Positions 1-9,350 of a DNA stretch of 39,832 nucleotides are shown piece after piece (the first letter of the stretch is position 1; the number at the start of each line of letters is the position of its first letter). This stretch comes from a virus (taxonomy: Duplodnaviria > Caudoviricetes): positions 1 to 39,832 of IMG/VR virus record IMGVR_UViG_3300025296_000045; one strand, given 5' to 3'. The notes below the pieces were generated by a model that was given only the letters and a program-made list of their open reading frames with translations, had not been told where the DNA came from and made no database searches. A program made the position numbers and the translations under genes.

Positions 1-6
1 AAGATA

Positions 7-318
7 ATGGATCATAGAGATTCTATTCAGTCTGAAGGTGCTAGAGGTATTAGCTCCTTGGCTTCTTCTGTTGGTAAAGCTATAGAGTTTTGCATTCTTC
101 TAGAAGAAGATCCTGACGGTTATTTTGCAACTAACGGCGATAAAGAAGAAATACGCCAAGACTTTACATCAGTAATGAACTCTCTTAACGAAGTACTACC
201 CACTATTACTTTAATAGAGCAACTTAGAAACGAAGCTATAACTGTAGAGCAATTTAGAACGTCAACAGGTAAAGAAGGTTTCGACGTACAAGCCTATCAA
301 GATTCATTGACGAGTTAA
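7..318 (+). CDS. Hypothetical protein, 5'-truncated copy of 37603-37950
   Basis: Near-identical translation to 37603-37950 but lacking the first 12 aa at the window edge. Confidence 0.8.
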   Translation: MDHRDSIQSEGARGISSLASSVGKAIEFCILLEEDPDGYFATNGDKEEIRQDFTSVMNSLNEVLPTITLIEQLRNEAITVEQFRTSTGKEGFDVQAYQDSLTS

Positions 319-322
319 AAAA

Positions 323-1819
323 ATGGCCTTTGGCTTTACTGCTACAGCAGGCACAATAACTGGCACTCACTCAGGTTTTGTGGGTTTATTTGTTACTGCT
401 AACTTCCCTGCAGGCTCTCTCTCTGGAGCTAACGCTATACTTAACGGTGGCGGAAATTTACGTGCATACACTGACAGCACAAAATCAACTGCATTACCTC
501 TTGAAATAGTAACTCTCGTTACAGGCGGTAGCTCTGAAGCAGGAGTATGGGTAAGGTCAAATTCTCTTTCTACTTCTGGAACGGTTTACTTTGAAGCTGA
601 TGACACAGCTACTACTCAGCCCGCAGTTACAGCACCATTAGGAAGGAATGCTGTATGGTCTGACTATGATCATGTTTACCATTGTCATGACTCTAATTAT
701 ACAGATAGCACAGGAAATTCGAATCTATCCCTACAAGGCTCTACGGCACCAACGATTGTAACCTTGAGTAATGGCAGAAATGCCTACAGATTTACATCAG
801 CAGACAGTACGGCGTTGGTGACAACGAGTAATATTAGTTACTCTCTTCCGTTAACATTACAATCATCAGGAGCAATATCACAATTATCAACAAGCCAGCA
901 AATAGGCTCATCTATATCAACTTTAACTGGAACTGGTGGGTATGATATAGCGTCATCAGTTTATTCATCAGGCACTAGATTTGAGCCGAGGGGCAGGTAT
1001 CCGCAAAACCAAGAATTAAACCCTCCTACAACAGCACATGTTGGTCAGGTTGGAGATTTATTTTACACTAATATATTATGGGATGGTGCTGGCCTACTAA
1101 CATTAAATGGTAGTTGCGAAGGCAATGAAGAAAAGCGCACAGACATTGTAGGAACTAGAACATTAATTAGTAATGGTCAGCCATACAATAAAATAGGCAT
1201 AGGCGCCGCTATTGACACCTCCCCCATATACTCAACTATTGATGTTCAAGAGGCAAGATTCTCCAGCATAGCATTATCTACTGATAGGGTAGATACAGAA
1301 TACGACAACCAAAACTCTCCAAGTACGTTCTGGACTTCTAGCGCATGGGCAGAACAAGCAACAGGAATAACTGTTACAGGTGCTACAGCAAGTTATGTTT
1401 ATAACGGGGTTCTCGGCACTATAGAGCTAACCGGTGAAATAGTTGTAACTGGTTCAACTGCATCATATGCCTATAACGGCGTCAACGGAGATATTGACTT
1501 AGCGTCAGAAATATTAATTACGGGTCAGACAGCCTATTATAGTTATGTTGGCTTATCTGGTTCGGTAGATTTATCAGGTTTAATTTCTGTCACGGGCCAA
1601 ACAGCGTCTTATGATTATGACGGCGTTTCAGGTGAATTAATACTGCAAGGGACTATAATAGTAACTGGTGATACAGCTAATTATGCCTACAATGCTTTAA
1701 ATGGTACAATAATAATACAAGGGCCAATAACGGTTAATCCTAAAAACGTTATAACGGTCAAGCGAAAATCAAATGACATAATAGTCAGTAGAAAATCAAA
1801 CACAGTAAGGGTTAAATGA
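323..1819 (+). CDS. Putative virion fibre/receptor-binding protein, allele A (DUF2341-like N-terminus, ConA/LamG-like middle, C-terminal 24-aa repeats)
   Basis: GGNLRAYTD..LPLEI..VWVR..VYF..VWSDY..VYH pattern typical of DUF2341-LamG proteins; S/T/G-rich composition. Confidence 0.65.
   Translation: MAFGFTATAGTITGTHSGFVGLFVTANFPAGSLSGANAILNGGGNLRAYTDSTKSTALPLEIVTLVTGGSSEAGVWVRSNSLSTSGTVYFEADDTATTQPAVTAPLGRNAVWSDYDHVYHCHDSNYTDSTGNSNLSLQGSTAPTIVTLSNGRNAYRFTSADSTALVTTSNISYSLPLTLQSSGAISQLSTSQQIGSSISTLTGTGGYDIASSVYSSGTRFEPRGRYPQNQELNPPTTAHVGQVGDLFYTNILWDGAGLLTLNGSCEGNEEKRTDIVGTRTLISNGQPYNKIGIGAAIDTSPIYSTIDVQEARFSSIALSTDRVDTEYDNQNSPSTFWTSSAWAEQATGITVTGATASYVYNGVLGTIELTGEIVVTGSTASYAYNGVNGDIDLASEILITGQTAYYSYVGLSGSVDLSGLISVTGQTASYDYDGVSGELILQGTIIVTGDTANYAYNALNGTIIIQGPITVNPKNVITVKRKSNDIIVSRKSNTVRVK
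1367..1726 (+). repeat. Five degenerate 72-bp (24-aa) coding repeats, IxxTGxTAxYxYxxxxGxxxxxxx
   Basis: Seen in the translation; also present in allele B. Confidence 0.85.
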
Positions 1820-2268
1820 TGGCGGCAGGTGATACAAAACTATTTAATGATTTTGTCTTGAAAGATAGACAAGGTGTTTACGCTTTATCTAATGATTGGC
1901 AGCTTGTTTTTTTGTCAGATACTTACGCAAGTGTTAATACTGATTTAACTAACCCCACATCAGCAAGTTTTACTATAACTAGCGGTGGCAATGTAGCGGC
2001 TAGCTATGCACTGACAGGTGAGGTTGTTACAAGAAGCGGTGCAACAATAACATTTGATGCTACAGATATAGGCACGATATTGAAAGCGGCAGGTAATCCG
2101 GTCGACTTGCGCTGTGCTCTACTAATAAACGCTACAGTAACAAATGATGCTGCTCAGGTTTGGGATATGACCTCAGACGGGACTACGCCACTTGATTTAG
2201 TTAATAACGATTTTACTTTTAATTTTGGCGTAAACGGCATCAACACAAGTATTAACAACACGCCATAA
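1816..2268 (+). CDS. Putative virion structural protein
   Basis: ATGA overlap with upstream gene; beta-rich composition; largely conserved between the two end copies. Confidence 0.6.
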   Translation: MMAAGDTKLFNDFVLKDRQGVYALSNDWQLVFLSDTYASVNTDLTNPTSASFTITSGGNVAASYALTGEVVTRSGATITFDATDIGTILKAAGNPVDLRCALLINATVTNDAAQVWDMTSDGTTPLDLVNNDFTFNFGVNGINTSINNTP

Positions 2269-2353
2269 ACTATAGTACAATAAAAGAGTTGCAAGGTGAT
2301 GGGTGCAACAGGCTAGCTAGCCACTTTACTCCATCAAAAATATCCATCGGTAA

Positions 2354-2373
2354 GCCCCTATAGATTTAGGGGC
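2354..2373. terminator. Stem-loop, possible terminator
   Basis: GCCCCTA-tagatt-TAGGGGC; weak U tract. Confidence 0.4.
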
Positions 2374-2414
2374 GCTTTAATCCCATCGTATAACTTTTTA
2401 ATTAAGGAACCGTG

Positions 2415-2681
2415 ATGGCGAACTCATTACCAAACGTAAATATAAAATCCCTTACTTGGGTAGATCTATATGCAGAGACAGGGATAGCTGTAGGGACTCA
2501 ATTGATAATTCAGAACATAGGATCGGGAAGTTGCAGGCTAACAGAGAGCGATACACAGCCTGATATACAAAGCGGTTATAACTTGATTCCAGAAAACCAA
2601 TATCTAACTAGCGCGTCAACTCCTGTCGGTGCGTGGGCATACTCACACACTGGATCTTTACTTCATGTAGAGGAGGCTTAG
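2415..2681 (+). CDS. Hypothetical (possible virion) protein
   Basis: ORF with AAGGA RBS. Confidence 0.65.
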   Translation: MANSLPNVNIKSLTWVDLYAETGIAVGTQLIIQNIGSGSCRLTESDTQPDIQSGYNLIPENQYLTSASTPVGAWAYSHTGSLLHVEEA

Positions 2682-2683
2682 CC

Positions 2684-3721
2684 ATGAGTAACGGATTCAA
2701 ACCTATTTCTGGTGATGGACTAAGTTCAGACCAAGAGGAAGCAGTTGACTCAATAATCAATGCACCAGACGATCAGTTATTACTAGCAAGAAGCGGAGTA
2801 CTACAAGCATCAACAGCTTTTCAAGCAGTAGGCGACACAACAATAAAAAATGATGTTGGAGCATATGAGGCTGGACCGTCTCCAGGTTACAAGCTTGGAC
2901 TTGCATGGACTTTAAACAGCGCAGGGCAAAACGTAAACTTTACCAACGAAGGATCATCAGAAAACTTTCATCCTGTATGGCAAAGGTACTTAGTAGGAAG
3001 AAAGAATATATTTGCAAAAAATAGATTTGACACTGCTGATGTACCAATAGAGACCGTATTTACAGACCAATTAACTAATCCAACTTGGTCGATAGTTGTC
3101 CCTGCTATATCTACAGAAGACGGTCAGACTGCTGTATACTCTGACGTTAAATTTGATGCAACATCAGTAGTAACTAATTTAAAGATAATTGTAAATATAA
3201 ACGGTACAGATTACAGAGAAATACTTGTTGATACTGCTGCTGTCGGTGATTTTAGATTCTTCTACGATCCGCCTACTGATTTTTTTGTAGGTGACACCTT
3301 AACCTTTTCTATATCTAGTATTGATGGAGATGTCATACTTCTTGGTAATAATGCTACATCACAACCATTTAACACAACTCGAGTTCTTTTGTGGGATGAT
3401 GTACCAGTAGGTCTACTCTCTGATAATGTTCCGCATTACCTTAGTCTATCATCTGCAAATAAAACAGCTTTCGACGGACAGACATACGCAGCAGATTCAT
3501 CAAACGAAGCTGGGGGCGGCTTTACTATAACTGCCGACTCTGATGCTAATAGCTTTTCAGTGTTCGATTATGCAGGTAAATGGAATGCAGGATCTAGAAA
3601 GGTAACAGTAAGCATAGGTGTGGATAATTATTTTTTAACCAGAAGAAATAGAGAGTACTTTTTTTACAAAGACGAGGCCAATAATTGGCAATGGTACTAC
3701 AAATCAAACTTTAGAGGTTAA
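2684..3721 (+). CDS. Putative virion/fibre protein (start corrected to ATG 2684)
   Basis: AGGAGG RBS before ATG 2684; beta-rich 345-aa product. Confidence 0.6.
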   Translation: MSNGFKPISGDGLSSDQEEAVDSIINAPDDQLLLARSGVLQASTAFQAVGDTTIKNDVGAYEAGPSPGYKLGLAWTLNSAGQNVNFTNEGSSENFHPVWQRYLVGRKNIFAKNRFDTADVPIETVFTDQLTNPTWSIVVPAISTEDGQTAVYSDVKFDATSVVTNLKIIVNINGTDYREILVDTAAVGDFRFFYDPPTDFFVGDTLTFSISSIDGDVILLGNNATSQPFNTTRVLLWDDVPVGLLSDNVPHYLSLSSANKTAFDGQTYAADSSNEAGGGFTITADSDANSFSVFDYAGKWNAGSRKVTVSIGVDNYFLTRRNREYFFYKDEANNWQWYYKSNFRG

Positions 3722-3722
3722 T

Positions 3723-3929
3723 ATGACTGATTTTACAGATAGCGTTGATTTTAATTATACTCAGCAGTCACCTATGGAGCCATGCACAGCTCCTACTGTT
3801 GAATCATTTGAGAACGATCAAGGCACTCTCATATGGTCCAATATTTCAGGAGAAATGAGGGTTTACTCATACGATGGAGTAAAGGTTCAATATCAAGTAG
3901 TTCAATTGGGTGCCAAGATAGACTCATAA
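3723..3929 (+). CDS. Hypothetical protein
   Basis: Tightly coupled ORF ending before a terminator. Confidence 0.6.
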   Translation: MTDFTDSVDFNYTQQSPMEPCTAPTVESFENDQGTLIWSNISGEMRVYSYDGVKVQYQVVQLGAKIDS

Positions 3930-3933
3930 AAAT

Positions 3934-3955
3934 AAGGGGTTAACGCCCCTTTTTC
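3934..3955 (+). terminator. Intrinsic terminator
   Basis: AAGGGG-ttaacg-CCCCTTTTT. Confidence 0.75.
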
Positions 3956-4012
3956 ATTCTTAGCTATAAATGGTATAATTATCCGTAAATGTCGGATAAA
4001 TGACGGTCATAC

Positions 4013-4456
4013 ATGCCAAAAGAAGATACTCAATTCACATCAGAAAATCAGCCAGATAGAAAGCCAAGAGGCAAAGGTAGAAAGTCCTTAATGCTGGATG
4101 CTATACGAAAGGTTTGCAAGACGGAGCAAGAATTCTTACAGCAAGTAGTTATTCTAGGGCTTGGAGATGGTAAAGAGCTTCCAGCAAACCCTACACTATT
4201 AACGCTAGTCTTAAATAGAATAGAACCACCGCTTAAAGCTACGTCTCCTATGGTTAACTTTGAATTCAACGAAAAAGCAAAGCCACACGAACAAGCAGCA
4301 CAAACATTAAAAGCTGTATCTGAAGGTAGTCTATCTCCAGACATAGGCAATATGTTTGTACAGTCAATAAAGGCCATGATCGACATAGAAGAGTACACCG
4401 ATCTTAAAGAGCGTATCGAGGAAATAGAGAAGTCTTTAGGTATCGTTAGTGAGTAG
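4013..4456 (+). CDS. terS: Terminase small subunit
   Basis: Directly upstream of and overlapping terL; QFxxxNQP..PRG N-terminal motif. Confidence 0.75.
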   Translation: MPKEDTQFTSENQPDRKPRGKGRKSLMLDAIRKVCKTEQEFLQQVVILGLGDGKELPANPTLLTLVLNRIEPPLKATSPMVNFEFNEKAKPHEQAAQTLKAVSEGSLSPDIGNMFVQSIKAMIDIEEYTDLKERIEEIEKSLGIVSE

Positions 4457-6122
4457 GCTATCTAAAAGACTTGGAAGAGTTGAGATGCTAGCCAAGTCAG
4501 CTAGCGGTACTTTAGAGCCAACAGTTTACGGTGTTATAGATAGAGTTGATAAAGTAGACGGTCAGTTAGTTCCTAACGTCATACGTAAATGGAAAGGCAC
4601 AGTGGGAGAGATGAAGCCTACAGATGACGAGCCTACGGTTTTTCTTGTTCCTAAATTAGAGCCTTTTATATTAGAGCATAGAAAATACAAACTACTGTTT
4701 GGCGGTCGTGGAGGAATGAAAACAAGATTTGCACAAAATGTATTTGTTGCAGATGTTCATTCTAGCGCCACTAAAAACTATGTCTTACGTGAAAGAATGA
4801 CCTCCTTGCGCGAAAGTATTTACGCTGGCATAGAGTCAACTGTTAAACGTTCAGGGCTTGGCGGCTTTCTTTCTGTTCCGTCTAAGTGGGAAATAAGGAA
4901 CGGTAATGGTGGTAAGTTTACATTCGGTGGTATGCAAAATATTATCGATATGAAAGGCGCGGCAGACTTTAAGCGGTTCTTAATGGAAGAAGCTGAAAAG
5001 ACTAAGCAAGCTACTATCGATACGTTAGGACCAACATTGCGTGATACTCCTGGTGCTGAGTTATGGTATTTATGGAACACCGGTTCAAGCCAAGACCCTA
5101 TGAGCAAAGAGTTCATAACGCCTTATCAGGCTAGTTTGGACAAGACAGGTTACTATCAGGACGATTACCACATGATTGTTAAGCTAACGTTCGAAGACAA
5201 TCCGTGGTTCATTCATGACGAGTCATTACAGCAAGAGCTAGATAAAGATAGGCAGAAGGTTGAGAGAGGGATAATGTCACAAGCTAGGTTTGATGGTATA
5301 TGGTACGGAAAGTTTAATGATGACGTATCTAGCTCAGTAATCAAAGAGGATTGGTTTAAAGCTTGTATTGATGCGCACATAAAATTGGGTATTGATGTTC
5401 GAGGTGCAAAAATAGCGTCTTGTGATCCATCTGATACCGGCTTAGATCCATGCGGATACTCAGCAAGACAGGGAATAGTGTTTACTGATATTGACGAGAT
5501 AGAAGGCGAAAACGGCAACATTAAAATGGATGAGTCATGCAAAAGAGCTATTGCTTACGGCGCCGATTCATTCGGGTATGATGCTGATGGGTTAGGCGCT
5601 ACGCTTCGAGATAACGTTTCTAAATGCTTCAAGGGTAAAGCTACTCACATATTCGCATATAAGGGTTCAAGTGAAATTCACGACCCTATGGCACAGTTTA
5701 AAAGCGAGACAGCTAACTTAACTAATCGTAGTGAGAACTTAAAAAACAAAGACGTACTTTATAACAAGAAAGCTCAAAATATTATTGGTATAGCTGAAAG
5801 GATACTGAATACTTATGAGGCTGTTACGTTTGGCAAGTATCACGACCCAGATACGCTAATAAGCTTCTGCTCAAAATCAATAAAGCCTGAGATGCTAGAA
5901 AAACTAAAAGCAGAGGCATGTAAAACACCAATAAAACCCGGTGATACTGTAAAGTTTTACACTAAAGAAGAATTAAGAAAGGGTATAGCAATGCCTGATG
6001 GTTCACGCTTAAAGATACCGTCACCCAACTTATTTGATGCTTGTTTGGTCTCGTTAGATAAAGCAAGTATAATAACCAGAATAAAACCAAAGAAAATAAA
6101 TTTTAGCTCGGTGCAAAGGTAA
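4449..6122 (+). CDS. terL: Terminase large subunit
   Basis: Walker A GGRGGMKT, Walker B FLMEEAE, DNPW motif, nuclease acidic residues (CDPS..D, YDADGLG, SPNLFD). Confidence 0.93.
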   Translation: MSRLSKRLGRVEMLAKSASGTLEPTVYGVIDRVDKVDGQLVPNVIRKWKGTVGEMKPTDDEPTVFLVPKLEPFILEHRKYKLLFGGRGGMKTRFAQNVFVADVHSSATKNYVLRERMTSLRESIYAGIESTVKRSGLGGFLSVPSKWEIRNGNGGKFTFGGMQNIIDMKGAADFKRFLMEEAEKTKQATIDTLGPTLRDTPGAELWYLWNTGSSQDPMSKEFITPYQASLDKTGYYQDDYHMIVKLTFEDNPWFIHDESLQQELDKDRQKVERGIMSQARFDGIWYGKFNDDVSSSVIKEDWFKACIDAHIKLGIDVRGAKIASCDPSDTGLDPCGYSARQGIVFTDIDEIEGENGNIKMDESCKRAIAYGADSFGYDADGLGATLRDNVSKCFKGKATHIFAYKGSSEIHDPMAQFKSETANLTNRSENLKNKDVLYNKKAQNIIGIAERILNTYEAVTFGKYHDPDTLISFCSKSIKPEMLEKLKAEACKTPIKPGDTVKFYTKEELRKGIAMPDGSRLKIPSPNLFDACLVSLDKASIITRIKPKKINFSSVQR

Positions 6123-6126
6123 CACA

Positions 6127-8352
6127 ATGGCAGACTTCACAAAGTTAGACGATGTTCTAAATATGATTAAAAAGGCACAAGAGGCCGAGTATGATATTAG
6201 AGAAAATTCTCGCACAGCTAAATCATTTATTATTGACCCAGATGGTCAGTGGGATGATGACGCAAAAAATAAGATGGCTGATAGCTATCGCGGCACATTT
6301 GATATGTGTACACCTATTGTCGATCAGATAAGCGGGGAAATTGAGCAATCAGATTTTACCATCAAGGTTAGTCCTGCCGGTAGCGAGTCCTCAATGGATA
6401 CCGCCAAGACTCTTGACGGGTTAATTAGAAATATACGCAACCTTTCCAATGCTGAAGATGTGTTTAGTAAAGCCAGTAGAACAAATGTTATTCAGGGCTT
6501 TGATGCATGGGAAGCGGTTCAAGAATTTGTTGATGATGATTCATTCGATCAAGATTTGCTAATTAAATATATTCCTAATGCGATTGATTCGGTTTGGTTT
6601 GATTTAAGCGCTGTAGCTCAAGACAAGCACGATGCTATGTGGGCTGTTAAGTTAGTAGCCATGCCTACTGACGAATATAAAGATAGATTTCCAGACGGCT
6701 CAGGTCAAAGTGTAGGGCAAGGTAAGCGAAGAGTTAGAGAATGGCAAAAAGCTGAATCAGTTGTTGTTGGTAAGCTTTATTATAAAAAATCCACTAAAGT
6801 TGATTTAGTCAGAATGTCAAACGGTGAAGTGTACACCGACGATGAAGAGTTTAAAAAGATTGTAGATGAATTAGAGCAAGCAGGTATTGTTGAAGAAGAT
6901 AGACGAACTAAAGATAAATTCATTGTTCATACTCGTATTTTTGATGGTGATGAATGGCTAGATGATGAAGAGGAAACGGTATTTTCATTTATTCCTCTTA
7001 TTCCTATATATGGTAACTATGACATTGTTGATAACAAGGTTATTTTCTACGGCAAGATTGAAAAGCTTTTCGACCAACAGCGCGGCTTGAACTACTTGAT
7101 GAGTCGAGACATTAACGATACAGCTTTATCTCCTAGAGCTAAGTATTGGGTAACTGATGAACAGATAGATGGTTATGAAGATACTATATCAACACTAAAC
7201 ACTAATAACGACCCTGTTCAATTATACAACCATGTAGAAGGTCAACTTCCACCTCAGCAGCAACAAGGCAGCCAAGTAAACCCAGCGCTACAAGTTGGCA
7301 TTTCTAATATGCAACAAATGATTAATACATCTGCTAATAGCTTTAACGCACAGCAAGGCAATGCTAATGCTTTACAAAGCGGTATAGCAGGGCAACAACA
7401 GATAGAGCAAGGCAACATAGGCTCAATCAAATGGTTTGCTTCTTTACAAGTCGCTGTTTGTCATACCGCTAGGGTTTTAATCGATGCTATACCGCGTGTA
7501 TATGATGCAACAAGACAGGTTAGAATTTTAAATGAAGACGGCACAGGCAATATAGTTACACTAAATACTACGGTTTTTGACGAGCAGTCACAGCAGAATA
7601 TCGAGGTCAACGACCTAACTAAAGGTAAATACGATGTAGTTTGTGATTATGGTCCAGCGTTTAACAGCCAGCAAAAAGAAACTGTTCAAGCTTTCTTAGA
7701 TATGGCGGCTATTGATCCCACATTCTTGGAGCAGGGAAAAGACATCATGCTTAAGAATTTATCAGTCCCTGGTATGGAACAGATGGCTGAGCGTTCACGC
7801 GAGCAATTATTTAATGCTGGTTTAATTCCTGAATCACAATGGACGGAAGAGGAGCGACAGAAGATTGCAGAAGCACAAGCGCAGGCAGCTAATCAACCTC
7901 CGCAAGAAGATCCATTGATGGTAGCGGCAAGAGCAGAAGAAGGGAAAGCTCAAGCTGAATTAATGAAGTCTCAAAACGCACAACAGCAAACACAACTAGA
8001 CGCTCAGGTCAAAATGTCTAATGTGCAACTAGAGCAAGAAAAGATTGTTTTAGAGCGTGAAAAACTACAGTTAGATGCGGCTAAGTTTGAACGAACAGGA
8101 CAAGCTAAGTTTAACACTGATTTAATTAGTGCTGACCAGAATCAACAAAAGATTGATAACCAAGCGCAGAAAGATCAATTTGATGCTTTATTCAAACAGC
8201 AACAGCAGCAACAACAAGAGATTAACGACGCTATAAATAATCTCAAGGTATTACGTGAAGCCATGGGAGTTGATGCCATTGTAGGGCCAACTAATACAGA
8301 GGCTTACAAAGAGCAAGCCGATATTGTATTAGATAAGCAAGACGAAGAGTAA
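6127..8352 (+). CDS. P22-like portal protein
   Basis: 741 aa after terL; GQW, VWFD and IPRVYDATRQVRI motifs; Q-rich coiled-coil barrel at C-terminus. Confidence 0.92.
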   Translation: MADFTKLDDVLNMIKKAQEAEYDIRENSRTAKSFIIDPDGQWDDDAKNKMADSYRGTFDMCTPIVDQISGEIEQSDFTIKVSPAGSESSMDTAKTLDGLIRNIRNLSNAEDVFSKASRTNVIQGFDAWEAVQEFVDDDSFDQDLLIKYIPNAIDSVWFDLSAVAQDKHDAMWAVKLVAMPTDEYKDRFPDGSGQSVGQGKRRVREWQKAESVVVGKLYYKKSTKVDLVRMSNGEVYTDDEEFKKIVDELEQAGIVEEDRRTKDKFIVHTRIFDGDEWLDDEEETVFSFIPLIPIYGNYDIVDNKVIFYGKIEKLFDQQRGLNYLMSRDINDTALSPRAKYWVTDEQIDGYEDTISTLNTNNDPVQLYNHVEGQLPPQQQQGSQVNPALQVGISNMQQMINTSANSFNAQQGNANALQSGIAGQQQIEQGNIGSIKWFASLQVAVCHTARVLIDAIPRVYDATRQVRILNEDGTGNIVTLNTTVFDEQSQQNIEVNDLTKGKYDVVCDYGPAFNSQQKETVQAFLDMAAIDPTFLEQGKDIMLKNLSVPGMEQMAERSREQLFNAGLIPESQWTEEERQKIAEAQAQAANQPPQEDPLMVAARAEEGKAQAELMKSQNAQQQTQLDAQVKMSNVQLEQEKIVLEREKLQLDAAKFERTGQAKFNTDLISADQNQQKIDNQAQKDQFDALFKQQQQQQQEINDAINNLKVLREAMGVDAIVGPTNTEAYKEQADIVLDKQDEE

Positions 8353-8356
8353 AAGG

Positions 8357-8379
8357 TAAAGCCCTATTTATTTAGGGCT
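8357..8379. terminator. Stem-loop between convergent portal and reverse operon
   Basis: AGCCCTA-tttatt-TAGGGCT. Confidence 0.6.
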
Positions 8380-8547
8380 AACTTCTAAGAATTTAATTAG
8401 CTCGATTATTCGCCTGCCACTGTAATGCAGCGTAGCTTGATGGTTAAAGCTAATCGTACCATCACCATTGTCAGAAAGTACACGTTCATTAGTTCTCATA
8501 TTAACTCCAAAATACTCAGCAAGTTGTATTATCTGTTCATCGGTCAT
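8368..8547 (-). CDS. Small hypothetical protein (59 aa, MTDEQIIQLAEY...)
   Basis: Hand-translated; GAGG RBS; last gene of a coupled reverse operon. Confidence 0.65.
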   Translation of the reverse strand: MTDEQIIQLAEYFGVNMRTNERVLSDNGDGTISFNHQATLHYSGRRIIELIKFLEVSPK

Positions 8548-8549
8548 AA

Positions 8550-8720
8550 TTACCTCGCACTAGGGCTTTTTCCAGTGGTATTACTAAAGCATTTAGGCGA
8601 ACTCAATTGCCTAGATGCTAACCCTTTACAATTACAGTTGATAACCATTACATGATCTTCAACCATTCTTTCTATGAGAGCTTCACACTCTGCGCATTTA
8701 AAAGCTCTAATCTTTTTCAT
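8550..8720 (-). CDS. Small zinc-ribbon protein (56 aa, FmdB-like)
   Basis: Hand-translated MKKIRAFKCAEC...INCNC...RQLSSP. Confidence 0.65.
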   Translation of the reverse strand: MKKIRAFKCAECEALIERMVEDHVMVINCNCKGLASRQLSSPKCFSNTTGKSPSAR

Positions 8721-8877
8721 CAATAAAAAACTCCATCAACTTAACTTCGTCAGCGCCAGCTTTCACGGCCTCTTCTAACAACTTAAGCATTATCTGAGTA
8801 ACGTCTGAGGTTGTGAAAAATGTTTCGCCATGTAGCTGTGTTTTTACATTAATATCTTTACGTGTGTATTTTTTCAT
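8707..8877 (-). CDS. Small hypothetical protein (56 aa, MKKYTRKDINV...)
   Basis: Hand-translated; overlaps next gene; GGTG RBS. Confidence 0.6.
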   Translation of the reverse strand: MKKYTRKDINVKTQLHGETFFTTSDVTQIMLKLLEEAVKAGADEVKLMEFFIDEKD

Positions 8878-8880
8878 ATT

Positions 8881-9036
8881 TCACCAATTTAAAAAGTTAA
8901 CTATTATATATATCGGAGCGGTAACAGGAGCAAACGCCCACACCTTAAACCATGACTTTAAACTATATCCGTTTAGTGATTTGTACAGCATAACTAGAAG
9001 CATAAATACGTAAGATAACAGCAAGTAGATAATCAT
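8881..9036 (-). CDS. Small membrane protein (51 aa)
   Basis: Hand-translated MIIYLLLSYVFMLLVMLY...WAFAPVTAPIYIIV; AAGGAGG RBS. Confidence 0.65.
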   Translation of the reverse strand: MIIYLLLSYVFMLLVMLYKSLNGYSLKSWFKVWAFAPVTAPIYIIVNFLNW

Positions 9037-9206
9037 TCGTCAACCTCCTTCTCTTTCAATCCTCTGCACATACTTAATAACTGTGCTTTCATTCTCGGAT
9101 TATTACACCGCCTGTAATAAGTTTTTTTCTCTATCCCCCAATAAGCCAAAGCCTCATCAACTGTCCAGCCTTGCCTATTGATAACTCTAGTAAATAAGTG
9201 CTTCAT
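9033..9206 (-). CDS. Small HTH-like DNA-binding protein (57 aa)
   Basis: Hand-translated; WTVDEALAYWGIEKKTYYRR resembles an excisionase/Cro-type HTH. Confidence 0.55.
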   Translation of the reverse strand: MKHLFTRVINRQGWTVDEALAYWGIEKKTYYRRCNNPRMKAQLLSMCRGLKEKEVDE

Positions 9207-9257
9207 ACTTTATAGCGTTAAACGCCCTCTTTTTGTAGCTATTTCGCCCACTACTTA

Positions 9258-9286
9258 ACAATACACCTCAATAGTATAATAGTCAA
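9258..9286 (-). promoter_or_regulatory. Sigma70-type promoter for the reverse operon
   Basis: TTGACT-17 nt-TATTGT on minus strand. Confidence 0.55.
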
Positions 9287-9350
9287 CAAGGCTTACGTTG
9301 AGCCTAAATTCAACGGCACGTCAAAAGACTATACCTAATAAGGGCATAAA

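Larger units (their letters stand above)
1..2245 (+). repeat. Imperfect terminal overlap, copy 1 (matches 37633-39832)
   Basis: First 99 nt and last 127 nt identical between copies; interior diverged, with a poorly alignable block at about 659-1294. Confidence 0.95.

Noticed and set aside
323-1819. Diversity-generating retroelement explaining the two alleles
   Set aside because: No reverse transcriptase; differences are not adenine-specific and include a whole-domain swap
1-2245. True physical direct terminal repeat
   Set aside because: Copies are substantially diverged and bounded by 99- and 127-nt exact matches, which fits an assembly overlap of two variants
8425-9013. Plus-strand ORFs 8425-8655 and 8813-9013 from the track
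   Set aside because: No RBS; they shadow a coupled minus-strand operon with good RBSs
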